A stretch of 64,000 nt of DNA from Fervidobacterium sp. GTDB taxonomy: Bacteria; Thermotogota; Thermotogae; Thermotogales; Fervidobacteriaceae. The translations under genes were made by a program, and so were the position numbers. Below are positions 57,630 to 64,000 of the stretch, piece by piece. The DNA lies in the NCBI GenBank assembly GCA_049970055.1, contig JBMFNR010000003.1, forward strand, positions 121,388 through 185,387. Reading direction: 5' to 3'. Within the stretch, counting starts at the first letter, position 1; every line of letters begins with the position of its first letter. The notes beneath the pieces were generated by a model. It made no database searches and was not told where the DNA came from. It saw nothing but the letters and a program-made list of their open reading frames with translations.

Positions 57630-57881
57630 ACTACCACCCCCAATTTCAAAGTAGAATTTCTTTGACTATTATACCATTTTCTATTTTGTACGTAAAGCGA
57701 ACAATTTTCCCTTTTAAATTGTTTTTGGTCAGCTAAATACTAACATGAGCATTTAGAGACGAAAATTTTGTTTAGTTTATGAGTTTCGAAAATTTAACAA
57801 TGTAACATCATCATTTTTTTAATTTTTGTGGTAAAATTTTACTCGGAATTAAGAAATTTAAATAGAAAGGTTGAGGAGCTG

Positions 57882-60848
57882 ATGAGGTGGGAAATAAAAC
57901 AGGTAGATGAGGAGCTTGTAAACAAGCTTGCCGAGAATTTAAATGTCGGCAAGTTAGTGGCGAAGTTATTAGTTTTGCGTGGTATAACGGATGTAGAACA
58001 AGCACGGAGGTTCTTGTATCCAACGAGACAGTTACTTCGTTCTCCATTTTTACTCAAGGATATGGATCGGGCTGTGCAGATATTATTACAAGCTCGGGAA
58101 AACGAAGAAAAGGTTATTATCCACGGTGATTACGACGTTGATGGAATTACCGGTACGGCTGTTTTATACACATTCCTTTCTGAAAACGGCTGGAATGCTA
58201 ATTATTATATTCCAAAGCGTGTAGATAATGGATACGGAATCCAACCACAATTCGTTGAAGAAGCCGCTCAAAGAGGGTTCAAAGTTATCCTCACTGTTGA
58301 TTGTGGTATCACAGCTTTTGAGGCTGTTGAAAAAGCTAAAAACGTAGGTATAAAAATTGTCATAACCGACCACCACCAACCTAAAGAAATCTTACCTAAC
58401 GCGGATGCCATTGTAAACCCGAAAAGACCTGATGATCAATATCCATTTAAGGAGTTCGCCGGTGTAGGTGTAGCTTATAAATTGATCTGTGCGTTAGCTG
58501 AAAAAATTAACATACATCATTCCTCCGCTGATGAAGTACTCGATCTTGTTGCGCTTGGTACGGTAGCTGATATGGTTGAATTGATTGACGAAAACAGGTA
58601 CATTGTGAAAGAAGGGTTAAGGCGCCTAAATAATGCTCCAAAGCTTGGAATAATAAGACTTGTTCAAAAACTTGGAATTGGAAACATAAGCACCAGGGAC
58701 ATAGGATACAAAATAGCCCCAAAATTAAATGCTGCTGGCAGACTCGATTCTCCTGATGACGCATTTAAATTGATAATTACAAAAGATGAGGCAAACGCAA
58801 CGGAATTAGTTGAGATTTTGCTTGGATACAACACTACAAGACAAGAAATAGAAGCAAAGATATACAATGAGGCTATTGAAATGATAGAGCGTAATAGTTT
58901 CGATAGACTACCTATTGTTGTCGCCTACGGCTATGGATGGCATATAGGAGTTATAGGTATTGTTGCAACAAGACTTGTCCATTTGTACAAAAAACCAGTA
59001 ATGGTTATATCGATAGAAGATGGAGTTGCAAGAGGCTCAGCGCGAAGCATTCATGGTGTTAATATAATAAGTTTACTTGAAAGATTTCGAGATATATTTG
59101 AGGACTTTGGCGGTCACACAATGGCACTGGGTTTCAGTTTAAAAGAAGAAAATATACCAGGACTTATCGATGCGATTCGTGAAAAAATAAGCGATGATGA
59201 CATCAAAATTGAAGAAGTCCTGCTCGTGGACGAAAAAATATCGGTTGACGATATATCTAACGATCTTTTGGATGCCATAGAAATGTTAGAACCCTATGGC
59301 CATGGAAATCCAGAGCCAGTCTTTCTCATAGAAAACAGTTCAATTGAGCGTCTTAAAGTTTTTGGTGAGACAGGATACAACATACGTATCACTTTAAGAG
59401 GTAACAGAAATAATATAGAAGGTGCCGGTTTTGGATTGAAAGTTTCACCTAATGATTTTTACGGGATTCAGCCACAGTTTATCAAAGTAGACGTCGTTGG
59501 AAATTTAAGGCGAGGTGACTCTGGACCACAATTAAATGTACTTGATGTAAAAATTCGTCACACAAGTGATGAAGATATTGTTGAGCGGGCGTTTTTGCAT
59601 TCTTTTGCAGCAAATTGGAAGCAACAAAAGGAAGAAGATTATGATCACAGTCACATTGAAGATGATATCCTTTTGCGTCTTGAAAAAGTGTCTGATCTGT
59701 ATAGAATAAAAACGCCTGTATTGTTTAGATTTAAAATGCACTACAGAAATGCATTTTTGTACGATCTAATGAAAAAGGGAAGGGTCTTGATAATTAATCC
59801 TTCAAGTGCAGAAGCAGTACATCTTTACGAAAGTCTTCAGAGGCATGACATCAATGGATTAGTACTCTTGAATTCAGTCAACAGATCTAATGGAAAGCAC
59901 GTAATTACAAACGCAGTATACGCAAATGAACTAATTAGTCCAAACCAGTTCGATTTTGTCGTTCTGAACGAAATACAATTTTTGAAAAACTTCGATGAAA
60001 ACTTATTTGATAGAACAATCCAAAAGTTTGGGAGAAAAGCTTTATTTACTACTATCTTCAATTTTGAAACGAACCTTCCAGTCTACGAGGTTGATGGAAA
60101 GTCAGAATTTTCTATCGAAGACAAACGTAATCAACCAAAGTCACTGAACAATACAAATTCATCTATTGTATACCTCTTTTCGTCTCACAGCTCAGTTGAG
60201 GTATTTTTCAACAATTATATAAGGAAAATGTCAGCCAGAGATACAATTTTTTACTCATCACAACTTGCTCCATTTCAAAGGCTTATCATATCAAATCTTG
60301 TAAGGAAAAGAAAAATTAAAAAACTTATATCATCAACGAATAACGATGGTCTACCATCACTATTTGGTAAAGTGGAAGCTCGTCTATTCGATTTTCCTTA
60401 TACTTTTAGCGAAATAATCGACGCTGTCAGTGGCGAAGGAAATGTCCTGATGCAACTAAATTATTCTTCTCAAGATGTTACAAAACGCTATGAAGCTTTG
60501 AAGAAACTTTTTCCTTCATCTGACGAACTTGAAAAGCTTATAGACGAATTGAATATTTATCTTCCAATGAAATTGGAGGAGTTTGAGGAAATAATTTCGA
60601 ATTATTCCATTACAAAAGGAGTTATAAAAAGTGTCTATAAAGATCTGGATGGAATAGATGGTAATATAGTAAAACCTGTAATATTTGATCCAAATAAAGT
60701 CATCAGAGTAAAGGAAAGAGAAATAGAACTGTCGTATTTTGAAAGGTACACACTTCAGCTCGAATCTTTGTCAATGAAGGAAATTTACAGATTCATAGAG
60801 GAGAGATATCTACATGACGCAGAGATTATGCTATATTTTAAGGACTGA
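57882..60848 (+). CDS. recJ: Single-stranded-DNA-specific exonuclease RecJ with a roughly 415-aa C-terminal extension
   Basis: The ATG at 57882 follows GAGGAG; the track start is 57828. It has the DHH motifs HGDYDVDGITG, TVDCG and ITDHH, plus the DHHA1 motif FGGHTMALGFS and an OB-like segment. About 415 further residues follow. Confidence 0.9.
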   Translation: MRWEIKQVDEELVNKLAENLNVGKLVAKLLVLRGITDVEQARRFLYPTRQLLRSPFLLKDMDRAVQILLQARENEEKVIIHGDYDVDGITGTAVLYTFLSENGWNANYYIPKRVDNGYGIQPQFVEEAAQRGFKVILTVDCGITAFEAVEKAKNVGIKIVITDHHQPKEILPNADAIVNPKRPDDQYPFKEFAGVGVAYKLICALAEKINIHHSSADEVLDLVALGTVADMVELIDENRYIVKEGLRRLNNAPKLGIIRLVQKLGIGNISTRDIGYKIAPKLNAAGRLDSPDDAFKLIITKDEANATELVEILLGYNTTRQEIEAKIYNEAIEMIERNSFDRLPIVVAYGYGWHIGVIGIVATRLVHLYKKPVMVISIEDGVARGSARSIHGVNIISLLERFRDIFEDFGGHTMALGFSLKEENIPGLIDAIREKISDDDIKIEEVLLVDEKISVDDISNDLLDAIEMLEPYGHGNPEPVFLIENSSIERLKVFGETGYNIRITLRGNRNNIEGAGFGLKVSPNDFYGIQPQFIKVDVVGNLRRGDSGPQLNVLDVKIRHTSDEDIVERAFLHSFAANWKQQKEEDYDHSHIEDDILLRLEKVSDLYRIKTPVLFRFKMHYRNAFLYDLMKKGRVLIINPSSAEAVHLYESLQRHDINGLVLLNSVNRSNGKHVITNAVYANELISPNQFDFVVLNEIQFLKNFDENLFDRTIQKFGRKALFTTIFNFETNLPVYEVDGKSEFSIEDKRNQPKSLNNTNSSIVYLFSSHSSVEVFFNNYIRKMSARDTIFYSSQLAPFQRLIISNLVRKRKIKKLISSTNNDGLPSLFGKVEARLFDFPYTFSEIIDAVSGEGNVLMQLNYSSQDVTKRYEALKKLFPSSDELEKLIDELNIYLPMKLEEFEEIISNYSITKGVIKSVYKDLDGIDGNIVKPVIFDPNKVIRVKEREIELSYFERYTLQLESLSMKEIYRFIEERYLHDAEIMLYFKD

Positions 60849-61047
60849 AAAGCCTGTTGAAAGCGCGAAAAAACTAAGAGAAATGGGAATATGCGCGAAG
60901 GTGTTTCCTGATCCCAAGGCACCATCAAAGTTAATCGTAGCCATAGAAACAATCAATGACCAAGTTCAGAAAACTTTTGGTGAATTCAAAGCACTTGGAG
61001 GAAATATCGTTGATGAGTATTATAGCGATCGATTACGGCAAGAGTAA
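60814..61047 (+). CDS. Small hypothetical protein (77 aa) bridging recJ and ruvX
   Basis: The ATG lies 8 nt after GGAGAG. It overlaps the recJ 3' end by 35 nt and the ruvX 5' end by 35 nt. Its beta-alpha-beta-like pattern (YILRTEKPVESAKKLREMGICAKVFPDP) is reminiscent of small DUF3343-type proteins, but this recognition is weak. Confidence 0.4.
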   Translation: MTQRLCYILRTEKPVESAKKLREMGICAKVFPDPKAPSKLIVAIETINDQVQKTFGEFKALGGNIVDEYYSDRLRQE

Positions 61048-61684
61048 GTGTGGTTACGCCGTTGGAAATGTATTTGTCAAGGAGAGTGGAACTGTCAAAA
61101 CTCAAGAACTTTTGGAAAGGATTAAAAGTTTCCAAAAAATAATTCTTGGCTTACCTTTATCGATGAGTGGAAATTATTCGACACAGACATTTGAAGTGAT
61201 AAAGTTTGGTTTGAAATTACTTACCAATGGCAAGGATGTTTATCTACTCGACGAAAGATTAACAACCAAAATGGCAAAAACTTATCAAAAGAAAGATGAC
61301 GACAGATTCAGTGCTGAACAACTGTTACTTGAATATATCGAGAGTCCAAACCGTGCTAAGGAACTTATCAAGTCTAAAGTCAAGCAACCATATGAAATTA
61401 GGGCCGACTTCGCTATTTTTGTTGAAGTGCCATACGATGAAAATTTTTCTGTCTCTTCAGCTATTGCCTACAGTAAGGACGCATATTTAGCATACACACT
61501 GTTTTCAAAAGGTTTCTTCGTTTACAGAGTTTTTAAAGATTTTCTTTCTGCACTTGAAAATCTTGAAAAAGAGCCAGATTATATTATAATGAATAACGAA
61601 TGTAGAGAAAAAATGTCTATTTTAGAAAAAGTAGAATCAATTACAAATGTTACTGTTTGTGAATTTTCATTGGAAAATTTTTAA
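61013..61684 (+). CDS. ruvX: YqgF/RuvX-family nuclease (putative pre-16S rRNA nuclease / Holliday junction resolvase-like) with a C-terminal extension
   Basis: The ATG at 61013 follows GGAGGA plus 9 nt; the track start is 60956. It has IIAIDYGKSKCGYAV, LGLPLSMSGNYS and LLDERLTT. About 90 extra C-terminal residues carry no recognised motif. Confidence 0.8.
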   Translation: MSIIAIDYGKSKCGYAVGNVFVKESGTVKTQELLERIKSFQKIILGLPLSMSGNYSTQTFEVIKFGLKLLTNGKDVYLLDERLTTKMAKTYQKKDDDRFSAEQLLLEYIESPNRAKELIKSKVKQPYEIRADFAIFVEVPYDENFSVSSAIAYSKDAYLAYTLFSKGFFVYRVFKDFLSALENLEKEPDYIIMNNECREKMSILEKVESITNVTVCEFSLENF

Positions 61685-61702
61685 CTGTTCGTCTTATCAT
61701 GT

Positions 61703-61779
61703 GTGCTCGTAGCTCAACTGGATAGAGCGTCGGACTCCGGATCCGAAGATTGCGGGTTCAAGTCCCGCCGAGCACACCA
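61703..61779 (+). tRNA. tRNA-Arg (anticodon CCG)
   Basis: 77 nt. The acceptor is GTGCTCG/CGAGCAC, the anticodon arm is TCGGA-CTCCGGA-TCCGA and the T-arm is GCGGG-TTCAAGT-CCCGC, with CCA encoded. Confidence 0.9.
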
Positions 61780-61844
61780 AGATATGAAGACATCTAAAAA
61801 CCAAAAACATCGAAAAAATTATTGTGTGTAGGAGGTAAGTATAA

Positions 61845-62927
61845 ATGAGCCATAATTTAGAAGAGGTAAAAAAACTGGTATTTGAAACGGACGTGGATGC
61901 TATACTTGTTTTGAATATCGAAGGATCAAATAGCGTTACGACCAGATATTTATCCGGCTTTACTGGAAGTTTTTCTGCGCTTCTAATTACACCGAAAAGG
62001 CATATAATTGTTACTGATTCAAGGTATTGGACGCAAGTAAAACAAGAAAGTGATTTCGAACTTGTTAAGTACATTCCACCGAAAACATTTTTAGATACCG
62101 TTGCTGATCTTGTCAAATCTATGGAATTCCAAAAAGTGGCCATTGAAAAAGATAGAATCTCAGCTAGTCATTTTGAGGCATTAAGTGAAAAATTGAAGAT
62201 TGAATTCGAAGACATTTCCTCTTTGTTATTTAATATAAGGGCGAAAAAGTCTGACGAGGAAGTCGAGAAAATAAAAATAGCAGTTCAAATAGCACAAGAA
62301 GCTTTTATGAAAATGCTCGAAATAGCAAAAGTCGGTATGAAGGAATATGAGCTGGCATCTTACTTAGAATATCAGATGAAACTACTTGGTGCCGAAGATA
62401 AAGCCTTTGATACGATAATAGCTTCTGGATATAGAGGGGCACTCCCACACGGGAAAGCTTCCGATAAAATTATTGAAAAGGGGGAACCGGTTGTCGTTGA
62501 TTGGGGTGCAAGGTACAAAGGATACAACAGTGATATAACAAGAGTATTTTGTATCGGTGAACCTGATGACAAAGTAAAGCAGATTCACAAAGTTGTTTAT
62601 GAGGCTCAACAAAAAGCTCTTAATGTAATCAAAGCAGGGATAACTGGGAGAGAAGTTGATGGAATTGCGAGAAACCACATTACTGAATGTGGGTATGGTG
62701 AATACTTTGGACATGGTCTTGGACATGGTCTTGGTTTGGAAGTTCACGAAAACCCAAGCCTGAGCTATAAAAATGATAAATTGCTTGAAGTTGGAAATGT
62801 AGTTACCGTGGAACCCGGAATTTACCTCGAAGGTGAATTCGGTATAAGAATAGAGGATGACGTTGTTATAAAAGAAAATGGTTGTGAAATCTTAACAACC
62901 CTAACGCGAGAGCTTATAATTATATAA
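61845..62927 (+). CDS. pepP: M24-family Xaa-Pro aminopeptidase/dipeptidase
   Basis: 360 aa with a creatinase-like N-terminal domain. Metal ligands are in VVVDWGARYKGYNSDITR, HGLGHGLGLEVHE, VTVEPGIY and IRIEDDV. The RBS is AGGAGGT. Confidence 0.88.
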   Translation: MSHNLEEVKKLVFETDVDAILVLNIEGSNSVTTRYLSGFTGSFSALLITPKRHIIVTDSRYWTQVKQESDFELVKYIPPKTFLDTVADLVKSMEFQKVAIEKDRISASHFEALSEKLKIEFEDISSLLFNIRAKKSDEEVEKIKIAVQIAQEAFMKMLEIAKVGMKEYELASYLEYQMKLLGAEDKAFDTIIASGYRGALPHGKASDKIIEKGEPVVVDWGARYKGYNSDITRVFCIGEPDDKVKQIHKVVYEAQQKALNVIKAGITGREVDGIARNHITECGYGEYFGHGLGHGLGLEVHENPSLSYKNDKLLEVGNVVTVEPGIYLEGEFGIRIEDDVVIKENGCEILTTLTRELIII

Positions 62928-62952
62928 GGACTAAACAAGAGGTGTTTATTAT

Positions 62953-63234
62953 TTGAACAATAAAAAGCCAAATGAGAAGGGTAAAAAAATTGTTAATAAC
63001 CTTGGCCACGAACTATCAAAGATTAATATCGTATCCAATTTTGGTTTTACAATAGCTGGAAATATACTTGTAAGTATAATGATTGGTTTATTCTTTGGCA
63101 ACATATTTGGAAAGACAAAATTGTTTTTGATCATATTTTCACTACTTGGTTTAGTTTCCGGTATTTACAACGGCATTAGATATTTGATGAAAGAAGTTGA
63201 TCGTTATGAAAAAGAGGAAAAAGATAACAGATAA
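62953..63234 (+). CDS. atpZ: AtpZ/AtpI-family small membrane protein (putative F0F1-ATPase accessory subunit)
   Basis: 93 aa with a TTG start after AGAGGTG. It has two TM helices (FGFTIAGNILVSIMIGLFFG and LFLIIFSLLGLVSGIYNGI). It lies immediately upstream of the atp genes. Confidence 0.65.
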   Translation: MNNKKPNEKGKKIVNNLGHELSKINIVSNFGFTIAGNILVSIMIGLFFGNIFGKTKLFLIIFSLLGLVSGIYNGIRYLMKEVDRYEKEEKDNR

Positions 63235-63730
63235 CGAAAAAATACCTCTCAGATTGCAAAAATCAAAATCTTACCAGCAACTTGTGAAGATGGCAAAAGG
63301 TTCACAAGATGAGGAAAGTTTAAGTGAGCACTTGTATGTGCCAAGGAAGATGAATTTTGATGAACAAACGAAAGCAGTTCTTAACAATATTTTAAAAAAG
63401 ATTATTAAGAGACTTATCCCGCTGTTGCTAGTTGAGGTATCAGTTCTTTTACTTTTTCGTACCTTTGATGCTATAATAGGAGTATCATTGGGGACAATCG
63501 GTGCTATTTTGGGTTTGATATTTATTGCAAGAAGCTACGAAGATTATGGTATAATATCCATTGGGACAATAAGAATTCCAAAGGTATACGGAATTAGGTA
63601 TTTTTTTTATGCCTCCTTGTTTTTACTTTCTGCGATACTGTCTAAAGAGCCAATGTGGGGTATCATTGGAACATTTATTGGGATGATTAATTTAAAGTTT
63701 GTTGTTTATTTATTTTCCTGGAGGTGGTAG
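63197..63730 (+). CDS. atpI: ATP synthase protein I-like membrane protein
   Basis: 177 aa with a basic N-terminus followed by 4 TM helices. It sits between atpZ and atpB. The start is uncertain (TTG 63197 or ATG 63206). Confidence 0.55.
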   Translation: MIVMKKRKKITDNEKIPLRLQKSKSYQQLVKMAKGSQDEESLSEHLYVPRKMNFDEQTKAVLNNILKKIIKRLIPLLLVEVSVLLLFRTFDAIIGVSLGTIGAILGLIFIARSYEDYGIISIGTIRIPKVYGIRYFFYASLFLLSAILSKEPMWGIIGTFIGMINLKFVVYLFSWRW

Positions 63731-63732
63731 AT

Positions 63733-64000
63733 TTGGCAGAGAAAACAAAAAGGAAAATCAGCACAAAAGCAAAGGTTCAACTGTTAATTTTTCTTTTGAT
63801 TTATATTACAGTTGGCATTTTGAATGTGAAACTTGGTGGCCTTCCTCCAACACCAGGTGAAGCTTTGAAGAACGTTGCCAACAGATGGATCGTAGGACCA
63901 TCTAGCGGTCCATGGTACCAAAGAATCAACCCAATGACTGTTGCTATGTCTTTCGTGGTTATGGGTATAATCTTGTGGTTTGCTAAAGCTGTGAATAAAG
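63733..64000 (+). CDS. atpB: F0F1 ATP synthase subunit a (AtpB), N-terminal fragment cut by the window edge
   Basis: Not in the track. The TTG at 63733 follows GGAGGTGG. Hand translation gives LAEKTKRKISTKAKVQLLIFLLIYITVGILNVKLGGLPPTPGEALKNVANRWIVGPSSGPWYQRINPMTVAMSFVVMGIILWFAKAVNK, open to the window end. The call rests on position in the operon. Confidence 0.7.
   Translation, partial: MAEKTKRKISTKAKVQLLIFLLIYITVGILNVKLGGLPPTPGEALKNVANRWIVGPSSGPWYQRINPMTVAMSFVVMGIILWFAKAVNK

Noticed and set aside
61670-61699. TTGGAA-18-TTATCA as a dedicated tRNA-Arg promoter
   Set aside because: The -10 ends only 3 nt before the mature tRNA 5' end, so the TSS would fall inside the tRNA. The tRNA is more likely co-transcribed with ruvX and processed.
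61697-62143. 148-aa minus-strand ORF overlapping tRNA-Arg and the pepP 5' end
   Set aside because: It overlaps a cleanly folding tRNA and the conserved pepP N-terminus, so it is spurious.
1-64000. Scan for CRISPR arrays, IS elements, integrases, toxin-antitoxin pairs or restriction/defence genes
   Set aside because: No regularly spaced direct repeats were seen. No transposase, integrase or recombinase-like ORFs were found. No terminal inverted repeats and no abrupt compositional island were seen by eye. The window appears to be core chromosome.

Overview
This is an AT-rich, densely packed bacterial chromosome segment of about 60 protein genes, 3 tRNAs and mostly short intergenic gaps. Gene content, strong GGAGGTG-type Shine-Dalgarno sites and local synteny point to a Thermotogota-like thermophile. 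That assignment is an inference; nothing was searched. The supporting synteny is rnfCDGE, the block flhA-flhF-flhG-PilZ-PilZ-cheC-cheD-fliA, a diiron sensor next to a soluble chemoreceptor, and a TM0936-like deaminase.

Gene order, left to right:
- rnfE (partial), rnfG, rnfD, rnfC (minus strand)
- a minus-strand flagellar/chemotaxis operon running from flhA to fliA, followed by three unknown ORFs
- mnmE, a transmembrane MCP, punA, potCBA, a histidine phosphatase, dus, nadD, obg and tRNA-Thr/tRNA-Met (all minus strand)
- a secreted PHP-domain protein, clpC, radA, degV, an AhpD-like protein and polA (plus strand)
- an EamA transporter and a split chrA pair
- the diiron sensor (ODP-like), a soluble MCP and a TPR membrane protein
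- an ArsB/NhaD permease, nfi, a secreted unknown protein and an orphan family-5 solute-binding protein
- a minus-strand operon: mini-GGDEF, valS, folC, rsfS, mtaD, TIGR01212 radical SAM
- an MFS transporter, an rlmD-like methyltransferase and a flavodiiron protein
- a 2-hydroxyacid dehydrogenase and an amidohydrolase
- a long recJ, a small ORF, an extended ruvX, tRNA-Arg, pepP, and the start of the atp operon (atpZ, atpI, atpB partial)

I saw no CRISPR array, no transposase, integrase or other mobile element, no rRNA and no recognisable defence island. The window is mostly core housekeeping, so the hunt results are modest, local oddities rather than one clear new multi-gene system. The best candidates are:
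- three translationally coupled unknown ORFs at the end of the fliA operon
- a promoter-to-terminator unit for a C-rich small RNA between mnmE and flhA
- a roughly 415-aa helicase-like but motif-degenerate C-terminal extension on RecJ
- a mini degenerate GGDEF protein coupled to valS
- a radical SAM gene whose conserved N-terminus has no canonical start codon (a likely ATT start)
- the ODP/soluble-receptor pair with an uncharacterised TPR neighbour

All functional calls come from motif recognition by eye. No database search was run.
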